A stretch of 64,000 bases of DNA from Ophelia neglecta (taxonomy: Eukaryota). The notes under the pieces were generated by a model. It searched no databases, was not told where the DNA came from, and saw only the letters and a list, made by a program, of their open reading frames with translations. Of this stretch, positions 24,746-38,100 are shown in pieces. Positions within the stretch are counted from its first letter, which is position 1. Each line of letters begins with the position of its first letter. The stretch lies in NCBI GenBank assembly GCA_965285935.1, contig OZ260664.1:67518001-67582000 (forward strand), written 5' to 3'. Position numbers and translations under genes: made by a program.

Positions 24746-27700
24746 TTTATTTGTTTTTGAGTGAATTGAATTTGCGTTTCATTTGCCGTTAGAAAAGTAA
24801 AATGTACTTTTTCCAACCCATTTTAATGACATATTATTGTGAGCAAAATAACAATTTTTTTTACAATTAGATTATTATATGATTGCGAAATGCATGCATG
24901 TATATACGATTTGTTTCCGGCCTGCAGATCATAAAAGTCAAACCAAATAATCTAAGAATATATAGCTTCTAAGTCCATTGTGACCTACCAAAAGTAATCT
25001 ATACTTCCGCGTTGAAATGGTGGATGTTTTTCCTTTTTAAACACTTTCTTTAAAGTGTTATACTTTGCTCCCATAAACATTGTGGTTCCCTCTTGGGACA
25101 ACCTGCATGCGATAAATTCCTGTTTTGTATTCCCCTTCAATCAAGGAACCTTGTGGACTGTTGTTCCTAAATATAACTCGTGTTGTGTTTTTGGCGCCGA
25201 AGTCGCGACGTGCGAAGCATGATGATTCACTTGATTTTCATCAATTCCTACTTTTTCCTCTCTTCCAGTCAAGATTAAAGTCTCTAAACCAATTAGACTA
25301 CTTGTTTAAAAAACAGAAAGTATAAATAAGGGAATGGATCTGATGGAAACCTTTTTATCCCCAGGTTAGAGACCTTGCGTCTTATAAATGATTGATTTTG
25401 ATCAATGTTAAATGACTCAATTCGTGAATTAGACGTATTGATTTAGAGGGTGGCCTCTCCCATTAGACCATTGGAGGTAAAGTTTGAGGCTGCTGGAAGT
25501 GGGTCAAATATAAGAAAATGTCAGGATTCAACAGCACTGTTTGTGATTGTTCTGAGGTTGTCATCATACATGCAATCTGATAATTTATCTGTCCGACAGA
25601 TATAGAATACTTACACCAGTTTTAACAACTGTAGAGGCATGTTTTATAACACTCTTACAAATATGAAGTTGGTCGTCTATGTGATTGAATATTGGTCGAC
25701 CCAATGAATGTCTGGCTCAAGACATCATTTTGAGCAATCCATCTATAAAACAATTTAGATAAAACATAACCTACACAGTTTCATTCGGTCATAAAATTCT
25801 GGTGGCCCTAATGTTCAGTAATTGTTGTAGATCACGGTTATCCATTTAAAAAATTTTAAAGTCTCGTGACGCGGCTGATTATGAGTCGATTTGGATAGAA
25901 CCTGACAAGTAATTATTGTCTGACAACTGTCCTTAGTCTTGTGATTAATTTCCAGGTTACTGCGCCATTTAAAACAAAATGAATATCTACGTTGTTTATC
26001 AACCGCTTTACTAATATTTGCTTAGCATGTATCATGTCAGCGATCTTTTCTATCTTCCCTTGTTTCTGGCCTCGAATAACATAGCCGGACATGTTTCTTA
26101 TTATACATCCATATATCTGGATATGTTAAGGAGGTTTTATCAGTTCGTTAAGTTACGGGACACCCTGTAAATTACCAAAAATTGATGCGGATGCATCAAT
26201 TACAGGGAAAGTTTTTTCTTAACGAACTAATTATGACACCAGATCAGTCATAAATAACAAGCAGTCCTTCCTTCAGGAGCCTTACAATTAAAGACGTACA
26301 ATGGGAATTCAGCCAAAAATAACTGTTTTTTTTTCTGTGTACATGGGATGAATTTAAAAGCCATTAATATTGCAAAGTATTCCAGCCCTGTCAATATATG
26401 TGTGAAAAGTCCACTTGATTGGCATTTTCTATTGACAACAACTTGGTGCTTTTAACACTACTGGTTTATAGATGCACATTTATGATATATATGTTTTGTC
26501 ACTAATGATGTCTAGCACATAAAGTCCACAAGATAATTATGTCTACAGGATTCAGGTTATGGAAGAAAACTTTTCGACTAGAACTGCGATTTAGTATGGC
26601 TGGTCTTTTCATCAATTTTTCAAGGAACCATTAAGTTTAAGATGTGGTTCATAGAAGAATAGTTAATGGATGTTTTCTTCTGGTTCCTCTACCTCTCTCT
26701 CTCGTTCTCACCATCAACAGGTACATGAAAAATCAATTGTACAGAAAAAAAACATTAAGCCTAAGATTAGTGCATTTGTTTTCTGTATGGCTAATGGCTT
26801 TAGCGCTCCTACCCTAATTTCCGGTTCCTAACCCAAGCCCGCCTGGGGTTTCCTGCCATTTCACCTTCCCTGTCTAACTCAGCAGCCATACCCATACCAT
26901 GCTGCCTTGTCTGGCTCCTGCACCGTTCCACCTGGTCGGGGTTGACAGGGCAATGGGAAACAATCCTAATTTTTCATCACATATTTCACAACCATATCAT
27001 GGTTGACCTCATAAATAGCGAACTGGTTCACAGTATCACAAAAGAGCACTAAAATACTAGCATACTCTTTTTGAAATGAGCAACGGTAGGCTTATATTGA
27101 TACAACTTTCACTCAATCCTCTATAGACTTTGGTTTTTCTACTGGCTTGTCGTCCATAAATACTGTTGAATATAGCACATATTAGGCCTGGAGGTCTAAA
27201 TTATAGATTATGTTTATTGGGCCTAAGATTATTCGAGATATTTGATGTGTATTGTAAGAGAGCAACCCTCTTTTCATCCATGTTTTGATATATAGATGAA
27301 TGATTATACATGAATATACACCTGATCATATTTTCGGTCGTCGAGGGACATTGGATTCGACAGACAGGACACTGGTACGTCAGGTTCTGTTTTCAGTAAT
27401 ACTGTCGTGTTTTGTTTTAACTGAGCACAAGGCTAATGACTTACTAATGAGTAAGTCGCAGTGTCTGACCTGGTTGTCCTTTACCGGAAGCAGGCCATTG
27501 ATCAGATCGATAAGCTTCGTCGGGATGGAACGACAACTGCTTGATGAATGAATGTTTACTATAACAGTGACGTCAAGAGCAGTATTGCTCCTTCTAGATG
27601 AGTGGCGGACGCGTATGCTTTTATTTTCGAAAATCGTATGCAATCTGTATTGAAATCATAGGCTTTTATTTAGAATCAATTAAAGAATGGCCGGGAAACC

Positions 27701-30700
27701 TAATCAGGCTAATGCATCACCATGTTTTGCATTGTTGCATATGCTGCAAGACTGTCTCTGTCTAATGGCTTGAATATTATATTTAATACATGTACGTATA
27801 TCATAATTACCTCTTATTCGGGATCGATGCCATGAGGGAACCATACTTTATTTTAAGAACGAATCACGCCATTGTTCCTATACAGTTCCAAACTACATGC
27901 TATCTAAATTGGAATTAACTCCCTCGGCCTTCTCGACTATTGCTCGACTGATTGCTCGGTCGTTTGGCCGATGTAGCCCTGAGCAGACGATGAAGTGGTT
28001 AGTCTACGAGTGTCATGTCTCCATAAATTGTTCCCGACCAGAGAATTCCCCATCCGGTGGGAATGAGCGCATGACTGAATTGTTTGGTTGTGAAGATGGC
28101 AAATAAATAAATCAATCGTTTTGATTTTTAAGCCGAGGATTTGCCGACAGGTGTATACATGGTACTGTGTAATCTCGGAGCGTGGGGCCTTGACATGTCT
28201 GGACAGCGGGAGCCAACAGTAACATGTAGGACATGTCTCAGTCTTTGTCCAGGTGCACTTGATTTATTAAGTGAGAACATTTCTTCGATAAATACACTAG
28301 AATGGGCGAAATAGTCACTTGCCGAGACAGGCTTTGTTCTTTCGCCAGAACCCGAAGAGGCATTAAACGGCGGGATGTGTGTGTGTCCTAACAGCAGATT
28401 AATAGTCTGCATCCACCATTCTTATAACTCAGATTTTAATGGCTATGTCAGCTGTAAAACTTTGGCTTAGATGTAGATGGGAAAGAAGTAACATAAACTT
28501 TCTCGGGATTTAGGCCCGAGGAATTCACGCCGTCAGTTACAAGTGTATTTGTGCTGTTTAATCTCATAACATTAATGGAACTGGAAATAATTATTGACAC
28601 ACCAAATTACATTTTTGGGGTGGGGTGGGGGGTTAATTAATTAGAAAAAACATGCCGTTTTATTCTAAGGCCATTGAGTGAAGGCACGGAGACCAGACTA
28701 AGATTAATGCTGCCTTTTGCAATGATAAATAACGTTATTCATGATTGTTTGGACTATAGCAGTTAATTCAGTTAGCTTGTACCGACCATGTCAAACAAGT
28801 GACGGCCTAGATTATCTCTAACTAGTAGGCGGCATTACATTTGTTCATTTTATTTTCCTCTGATTCAGGACCAAGATCCTGTAAAGATTAAATCAATGCC
28901 GCGAGCTGTTATTGGTTTTATATAAAATTAGCTTTAAAACGGGTGGATTATGTTGGAGGTGACAGCTGGCTCACTATCTGCCACATCTTAATGACCCAAC
29001 CGCTGCAGAAAAATGTTCATTTTATCATCTCCCTGAATAGCATCAGGCTTATCGCAAAATGCAATTTTACTTGGCAGACAATGCTGGACTAATTCGTTTG
29101 GCCTCTAAATTTAATTTGCACGTGACCTAAAGACATTAAAAATGGATCTTTTGTGCACGCCCTTGTTTTTGTCATTCTAGTGATGTGATTTGAATTTTAA
29201 GCCAATTTAAATAGTGTAGGCAAATTGTACCATATAATGGCAAACAAAGCGAGCCACGATTTATAGGCTGTCAAATTTTATTGTATGCGTTGTATTATAA
29301 GAGATTACATTTTCTCATTTAGAGGTGGCAACTTTATTAGAGTCATATCAGGTATTGTGTCTTATGTTGGAAATATCTATTGTCACAATACCAGACGGCT
29401 TTGGGATTGTACATCTTGTCAGGTTGTTAATGCCCTGACCTGTATTAGAAAAACACATGTCCAAGAATCTAAACTACACACAGTGGTCCGAATTCATGAC
29501 CTTCAATAATAATAGGGTGTCCAGATTGAGGCACATGGCTGACCGGGTTGCATTAACAGATGGCCCCTTGACTTTTGTTATTCAAATTCAACACCAATAT
29601 ATTATAATTGTACCGGGGTGTTAAATATCTAAATACCCCGGACACAGCTTGGCCAAGGAAATTCCTCGCCATTGCTTGCAATAGCACTCCATGAAAGGGA
29701 AAAGTTCATCTACATACTATACAGATTGTGCATTTGGCCAAACAAGCCGCGGTTTTCTTTTCCATCTGTTTCAGGCCAAAACGTTCAAGGACACAGTGTG
29801 TAATAATAGAGCTGATATGATGAATGGTTGCAATTACAGATGTCTGTCTTGGGTCTTGTATTAGAATGCAGCTGATTTCTGGCACTGATCGGTTTCAAGT
29901 CTCCACCGGAGCCATTCTACGCCACAATATAATTGGTATAGATCTGTTACTAAAATGGCCTATATAGTTCCCCCGATGCTGCTTCTGTGAGTCATGACGC
30001 CCTTCCACTCGATGGAAGATGAAGGCCTTCGGGACAGCCACTCAAATGTCGAGGAGCATCATTCTATTACTTAGCATGATGTTCAGTCCCCACGGTGAGC
30101 TCTGTCCATATCTGCAGGATCACGAAACAAAGAAGAAACATTATAATAGCTGTTAGCCAAATACAATGGTGTCCATGCTTGGAAATTGAATATTTGCTCT
30201 GCATAAGAAATCAGTCACTCCTAATTTCACATGAAAAATGACTATATTATATATAGAAACGTTATTATAGTACAATACACGCAATGCCAATTTTTGGGTA
30301 TCTTAAAACAGTTATGCTACAGTTACATACATGTATTAGGCCATCAGATACATTTCAGTATTTGGGTCGAGATAATTTTGTGAGTATATTAACATGCACC
30401 AATCTAACAGAATGGGAGCTAGTTCGCCATGTCTAGGATTCACAGTAAGTTATAAATTTTCCCCATGGATGGGGACCTTGTATAGCGCTGGCATAAGCTA
30501 TAATATCTATACACAACTATATAGACATAAGGAACAATCCGGACACCCAACTTGACCAGTTTATGCGCAGCGCTCCTCTTGATTCCAAACTGAGACTTGT
30601 TTTTTTTCCACTACTATACAAAGTTGCTTGTCCTCGTGGGTTCTAAGGTCTAAAATATTGGCATTTATTGAGCTCCTATGAAGCAGACTCCTCTTCAAAC

Positions 30701-32854
30701 ATTCAAGTACTACAACTTAAGGTATTGAAGCAGTAACATTTATACCGTATTTATTTTCCATGCGCCCTACACAAAATTCAGATTTCCTCAAATTTGGCGC
30801 AGATGTAAGAAGTGAACTGGAATAAAACTTCTATTTTTTTCTTATCCTATCCAATGTCAGGTTTTGAATTGAATTGATGCTCGGAGGACAAATACATCTA
30901 ACGTTAGGCCTAAAGTCAATTAACATGATTAATCGTTCATTGGCTTGGCCTGTTTTTCCATGCAAGAATCCCAACCTGGATTCCCTTTCTGGCAAATAAT
31001 ATAAGGTCACAGTTTAATTAACTGTATATAAACTATGAAGTCAACCGATTCTAGAAAAAAAATAGATTAATAATCCCCACAGGTTTTGGCCAGTGAAGTA
31101 TTTGAGGCCTGGTATTGTATATGATTAGGGGTGTCAGTCCTGAATGACCTGATTTTGTTGATTCCATGTGGTATAGAAATGGTATAATAGTTATGCCAGT
31201 GGTGATTACCGTTACTCTAGCTAGATCAAAGTAATCAGGTCAAAGTTTAATAGAAATAAGCCGAGCGGCGATAGGGAACAAATGAGATTGGCTATTTATG
31301 ATACTGTAATTCGCCGTTACCCATGTGTTTTATGGAGATAACTTCAATGGCCTAATGAAAAAAATTGGGCTGACTATATAGGCTAAAGTGAAATGACCTG
31401 GCGGGGAAATGCGGTCCCATAGCTCTCATTGTAAACATTATGACTTGAGTGGTTGTGTTTAAATCTAGTCATTGTATTTATCTGAGGCCAATATACCACC
31501 CTTGATAATGTTATGATACATAGTCGCTTGGTCCGTCGGTATATAGGCTAACTCACCTGTTGGTCATATAAGGTCACACATTACTGGCTACCTGCCCGCT
31601 TCAAAGCAATGATGTGGGCAGGTGTTGAATAAACCATAATGTTGGCACCTATACGTTAACATGACACAATACATCACTCGTATTAACCTAGTATTCGGCC
31701 CAGATAACTGAGGTCACACAAAATAGTCAATTCCATGTAGATTGTTGACCACTTTCACAATTGCACCCATTTATTTTGTAGATACACGTGTAGGTATGGC
31801 TTCATTGAAAACAGGCAGTCCATTTTGATGGTTAGCAAAATATGGGGTTAGGGGCCTGGGAGTTGGGGGCATGGCAGGCTAAATTCAAAACATGGTTGGC
31901 AATAAAATCTTGTGACTCCAGTCATCTTGTCCACAGAATAATAAGGTCATGGCATTGATTTTCATCAGAGGAAGGCTGACAGTGATTACCTGTTTGAGTG
32001 TCGTCAGAGTTAGTGGTGGTCAATCGGTTGCCACCAGCCACACCCCAATAAACAGGATTACCCTTCCTCCCACTGAACAAGGCTATTTCATAATTCTCAA
32101 ATATCATAGAGCCATATCTTGTTCACATAGTGAACACCTGGTTTGTTACTAAGAATGAGTGAACCAGCTTCTAGCTCAGGGACTCCATTATAACATTCCA
32201 GGTGGGTGCCTTGATACTGGGGTGTCTGTAGACCCCCACCCCACCCAAGTTTAGTGCAGGGCCTCTATTAGCAACTATCAGCCGGTTTATATCACTTCGG
32301 CTCCGAAGGTTTAGTATTGACTGTCAATGCTATAGCTACATTTGTTGTAAAAAAAAGGTTTTTTTCATAGTTTATCAAACCAGCTGGGGCTTGTCGAGAA
32401 GCGAGTAGCTCTGTAAGATTTCGTTATGTTGGCTTATCGGAGCTAGCTGCTGGCAATTACTCTTTGAGCAAATAGTTAAACTGTTCTGTAACAGCTTTGA
32501 ATTGGCAGCTCTGGGCTTTTAGCCATCGCTTGAAGGTTTAGTCTCTAATACTTCTGGGACCGCAAGCGTACTGTTTTTCGTGCCTATTCTATATGATTTA
32601 CTGACAACACATGCTTGGAAGCTGCGTGGAAGTAGTCCCCCCTTGTAGGACTAGCATTTTATAACCTCGCATTCTTTTTCGTCCAATCTCTCTGTTATTG
32701 AGAGTAGTCTGAGGACTATTACGATTGCCATGGCGTCAATCCAAGACACTCTGGTTTGAGGTATTGAATTTATGTCTAAGGCCAAAGTATCCTTTGTCAT
32801 TTAATCGTGTTCAGCGCGACATCGACCCTGTGTACAAATACAATAAAGAAACTG

Positions 32855-33210
32855 CGATCGCAGGGGGAGGGCTGGTGTATGGGAATACTCGTGACCCGTG
32901 ATTTGGACAAAATTAATCGTTGTGAACCCAGAAATTGTGATTTAATTCCCCTTGAAATATGAACAAATAATTGCCCGGGTGTGGTGAAAAATATATATCT
33001 CGTGAACTGTGAAGGAGAGTTACAATATATTCATGTGAACTGTTTAAGGACATTTTTATTTCCCGTGAACTAGGATCCGATCCTTAATAGCCTGTGTTAA
33101 GAAATCAGTTTTATTCCACTTTATTTGTGAAAAGTTCGCGTAATATGATTTCTCGTCAACTTTGATTATTTACCGCCCCCTCACCCCCCCCCCCATCCCC
33201 CCGTGTCTCT
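32855..33210. mobile_element. Decayed MITE-like element with internal (C)GTGA(A) repeats and G-rich/C-rich ends
   Basis: Repeated cgtgac/cgtgat/tgtgaa/cgtgaa words through the interior. Starts with gggggaggg and ends with a C-tract. Confidence 0.5.
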
Positions 33211-34696
33211 ACTGCAAGTTTGTAAAACGCAGAGAGGTGCTTGTAATTGCAGTGTCATATAATGATATGTTCAATAGAGCTGACTTTCCATTTCACATGA
33301 TGTTATTGATGATTTTACCCTTTAAATGAGAAAGAAAGAGAAATTACAAACGTTTTTTAATGTAAAGAACTCAAAATATTGATGGTACTTGACCGACCGC
33401 TCTCTCTGCCAATCCTTCGCTATTTTAAATGCTCAAGTGAGTCGTCCCGACTGATGTATTGAGTGATTGTGTACCATACGACCCGCCTCAAAGTCTACAA
33501 ATCTGAAGATATCGCAAGGAGATAGTTACAATTTTTTGCTCCAAGCATTCTTGCCCGTACAATGGCTGGCCTCAGACCCATTCTTTAAATCTCTTGACAT
33601 GTTTTGTCAGTTGAGTAATCACAGACTGTCAGAAACCGTGGTCTATGATAAACACGTCTATAAGATTATTTCTCCACCACAACCATTGCCATGTACTTGA
33701 TACTGTTACCACCAAGGTTCAATAGACGTTTTAAGGTCATCTGTGTATCGAACTGCAAGTGTGACTTAGTGTGAATAGGAAACAGGGACAAATCAGAGAA
33801 CTGTAGGAAATGTCAAGGGAACAGCTGCTTGGTTTTTTAGCAGTTCACTGGGTTCGTTTGTTCAAGAATATCCAAAGGTACTGGTACTTGGCGGGCAACT
33901 TCAAACCGCTCCTTGAGTTATATGCAGTAGCAAAGCAGGTAAGTGATATACAGTCTGGTCATCAGCTGCCTGGGTACGGCTAGCGAAAACACAATAATTT
34001 ACTTTGGACGGTATTTTCCAGACGACACGAAGGCATCCCATATAAAACCTGATCATTGATCGTGATTATAGATATACGCTAAATGTAGAGTCGAGGCCGT
34101 TCTCAGAGCTTGAAACACGTTCACGGTAAATGGTTTCTTTGATATAGTGTTGCAATAAACTGGTTATACTTTATTACCTATACGGAGAACAGTCATGCCT
34201 GCCGACAAAAAAAGGTTAATGCTATGTCCTTGCGGCCGGAGAGACCTACAGCATGTTGATGTAGCCTATTTGGTGTTTTAAAATTGGCCTTGCCTTTGAT
34301 GGGGTGTTTACTGAAACTAGCATGAACTTTAAAGGTCATACGTGTGAATCTTAACTCCACTGTTTCTAAGAACCAGAAGAACTTAGACGCTGGCTCTGAG
34401 AATTTCCCTTTGCGTGCGTCTTTTGGAAATTGATTGTCGCTGAGACATGAAATCCCTATATCAGGACATACAGCGAGTTAAAAACCTGTATGTACAGGTC
34501 TAACGTATTACAATACACAGTAAAACAACACAAAGAAATATTTACCTGTCTGCTTCCTGTGTATTGATGAACTGTCGAGCATATTTCAATAGACATATAG
34601 AAATACCCAAACACGGTGAAACTTTCAAGTACCGATTGTTTGGGTTTTTCAATCCGAAGGGAATGCTTGAAAGACAAATTTTTTGTAGGGTGTGCC

Positions 34697-35120
34697 TGGT
34701 TTGATCATTAGACTGTTAACCCATTGGTTTGATCATTAGACTGTTAACCCATTGGTTTGATCATTAGACTGTTAACCCATTGGTTTGATCATTAGATTGT
34801 TAACCCATTGGTTTGATCATTAGACTGTTAACCCATTGGTTTGATCATTAGACTGTTAACCCATTGGTTTGATCATTAGACTGTTAACCCATTGGTTTGA
34901 TCATTAGACTGTTAACCCATTGGTTTGATCATTAGACTGTTAACCCATTGGTTTGATCATTAGACTGTTAACCCATTGGTTTGATCATTAGACTGTTAAC
35001 CCATTGGTTTGATCATTAGACTGTTAACCCATTGGTTTGATCATTAGACTGTTAACCCATTGGTTTGATCATTAGACTGTTAACCCATTGGTTTGATCAT
35101 TAGACTGTTAACCCATTGGT
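34697..35120. repeat. Near-perfect tandem array, 15 x 28 bp (GGTTTGATCATTAGACTGTTAACCCATT)
   Basis: 34698-35117 = 420 bp = 15 units, with a single C>T variant at 34797 (copy 4). TGGT occurs at both boundaries. No spacers. Confidence 0.98.
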
Positions 35121-38100
35121 GAAAAAAAGGGTGGAGGGATTCAGTTTACAACACAAGATAACCTGAATCTAAAATGGCCTATGCTTATACAACATGTGTT
35201 ATTGTATTAGTGTAGGTGCATACAGTATTATGTCAACGATCTGATTCAAATGAAGAAAAACTGCGTGCACCGATTCCTTAATGATAGTTTGAAAAAAAAA
35301 CAGCACTCGTATTCAAAGAAATGTCTCGTGGCTGTATAAGACTTTCCAGTATATTGCACCAAAAGAGCGTTTGGTTTAACTTATTGTTGAAGATCCCAAT
35401 ATTGCTGTATATGATAAGTTGGTAGGCCAAATTAGAATGCGGGAAATAGGATGATTTTTTTTACGCGCCCATGCAACAGAGGCGAGTGGAGTTTCCCAAA
35501 TATGCTGATGCGGAAAGCGTGTGACTTTATTGTGTTGCTGGCTTACCAGATGCGGGGGGTGGCATTATTTGATAGGCATAATCATACTAAAAAAAATTCG
35601 GTGCAATGATCATGGAAGGAGGCGGTCGTTGCCTGAGAATCACTTTATTAACTTAAGGTGGCCTTATAGTGCGATATGCCTATGTGTTTCCAGTTATAGT
35701 TTCCACAATGCTTGCTTGTTATGATCAGAGGTTTGGGTTACTTGCATGCATGTGCACTGCAAACCACTTTTCATTATTACCTCGATTTTTTGTTATGTTA
35801 GAATTCTTGATAAAAGAGATAGTTTTATCGGTGTGTTTTCAATGTAGCCACTGGCCCAATAAATCAAAGGCCATAATATTTCAAGTCTTAGATTAATGCA
35901 CATGGTATACACCAATAGCAAAAAAAAAAAGTCGGTAATCTACTCCATAGTTATATTAGTGTCAGACGATCTTTTGCCCTGCTAGGCCTAGATGTATATA
36001 ATGTATTAATGGATATGCAATGGCTGCCTCTAGATCTGAACTGTTACTAATATTATAGACCTGTAACATGGTCTCTGACACTCAGATACACCTGCACATT
36101 GCACTACATGCAGTGATAAACAGGAACTAAGACTTTATATTTTCATAATAGACCGTTACTATGTCTCTACATTGGAAGCGGCCCCATGTTTACTCAGATT
36201 TAACCACGCCGCAGGACATGAGTGCTAGCCTGGCTGGTCAGTTTACAGGAGCGTGTTATCAGCCTCTAACCACCTTGCAGTACCTCCCTGACAGGCGTTG
36301 GGACGGTTTTAGGACTGGTCTTTTCTGGGATCAAATTTATCAGGGAGGAAGAATATTTTGAACTGTAACTAGTACCGGTAGTACCCCATTGAAAAATAAC
36401 ACATATAGCCGGTATTTCAAATGACTAACGAACTGCAGCATTAGAAGCCCTAACGTATTTCGAACGTTCAAGCCATAAGCATATTCCCCGACAATTCAGA
36501 ATCTCCACCTCTCCCCCGTGCACTCGTGGCAAGGCAAGCAACAGTACATACATATAAGTCTGCTCTCCATTTATCCTAGGTTTTTCTAATGGACGCCATA
36601 ATATCAAGTCTGTACAGTATCCTGTGGCACACTCAGCACCACTCCGCTGATATCTCTCATTGCCATTAAAGAAAAAATCAGCTCAATGCCAAACATGTCC
36701 AGGGCGAATACCGCATTATGTAGATCCGCCCCAAAGTGTCTGAGAACGTTACCGATGGAGCCTTATCTCAGTGCCAGTGTTATCTATGCCTGAAGACATC
36801 GCAACCCTGAAGCTATCTCTCGGGTTACTCCGAATAACCCCGATAAATACTTCTACAGTATCGTGTCGCGACCTTCAGCATTCCAAATGGACGAGTGAGA
36901 TGAATAAATTCATCCCAGTGGTTTCCGACCCTATGATGTTGCCTCGTTTACATGTTTATATTTAGTTTCATGTTTGGGCATTGATTTCTTGATTCGTATC
37001 TGATGTAAAGCGTCATTCAAGTTGGCACAAAATAAATTTTGGAAAAAGTGTTCATAATAGAGACAAACTGAATGGGAGTAACTTCTAGAAAATTATAGCC
37101 AATAACTTGACAATAAGGCAGTCCCGCCTCTATCACGTAAATACTGGCTCTTCAGCAGTTTTCGAATCTGCCCTTGGCATGAATCCGAGCAGACGGGTAG
37201 TTTATAAGCCAAGTGATCAGGGGTAATTCGCCGGTCATATTTCATTGATTGGCGGCTGCGTTTTGTAATGGATCATGCCAGGGAGGAGACTTCCTATTCC
37301 TCTCCATCACCCATGCGGCCCCGCCGCCGCACGCCGCGCAGACCTGCCGTACACGGACAACTCGCCCTTGGCTCAGATTGTCAGTAGGCTCTTAACGGCC
37401 AGCGCCAGTACTCAGCTCTCAGTGACAGATGCCTACACCAGACGACCGTCTGCTCCACGTGGGTTCTTACAGGCAGCTTCCGGATAGCCTACATGCCTTG
37501 TAACCTTTTTTTTGATATTGGACAGAAACGTTCATCGTATGGATCAGACAAGGCTGCTTAATTTACTGTAGAAGTCTGCACAGGAACCCTGCATATCTGT
37601 AAATCCTTGCAGTATGAGCAGTGTCTGTGCAGTGGATGGATTACTTAATATGGTTATCATAGGTCCCGTGGGCGTGAATCTCATCAGCTTCAACGGATAA
37701 AATTCTCGGCATTTCATTAGCTGAATGAAATATTGCGTAACCAGTAAACCGTCCAGCTTCTCTGCCAGAGATACGGCATAGAAACGCGTCAAAAATTAGA
37801 GTGAGTACGGCTTATTTTCATCATAGTTATTCTTGATAGTTGCTGAGGCTTTGGCATTAAAATTCCAGCAGGAAGGCAGCAACTGTGTGAAACAAAGCCT
37901 CTGTGTTGACCACACGATTTTAAGGGACTCCTCAGGGCGAAACATTAGCAGGAGAACAAAGCATAACAACGTAGTGGACACAGGCGTCGTTTGGTAAAAG
38001 CGGAACAAATGTACGCTGGTACTTGAATCTGGAGGGTATTCATAGCTGCTGAGGCTCCAGTAGCCCCTGTCCCAGACAACAACCCGGCCTCTTCAGCCAG

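Noticed and set aside
25330-25730. LINE APE endonuclease relic
   Set aside because: Only vague echoes (LNDSI, WVK), with no intact catalytic motifs.
27900-28420. DIRS-like RNase H/methyltransferase relic on the minus strand
   Set aside because: Resemblance (HIP, SRCPD) is too faint to support without a profile search.
32483-32512. miR-22/miR-745-like sequence on the minus strand (GAGCTGCCAATTCAAAGCTGT)
   Set aside because: Only the seed and 3' end resemble the mature miRNA, and no complementary arm nearby forms a precursor hairpin.
34697-35120. CRISPR array (28-bp repeat with internal palindromes)
   Set aside because: Units are directly adjacent with no unique spacers, there are no cas genes, and the context is eukaryotic.
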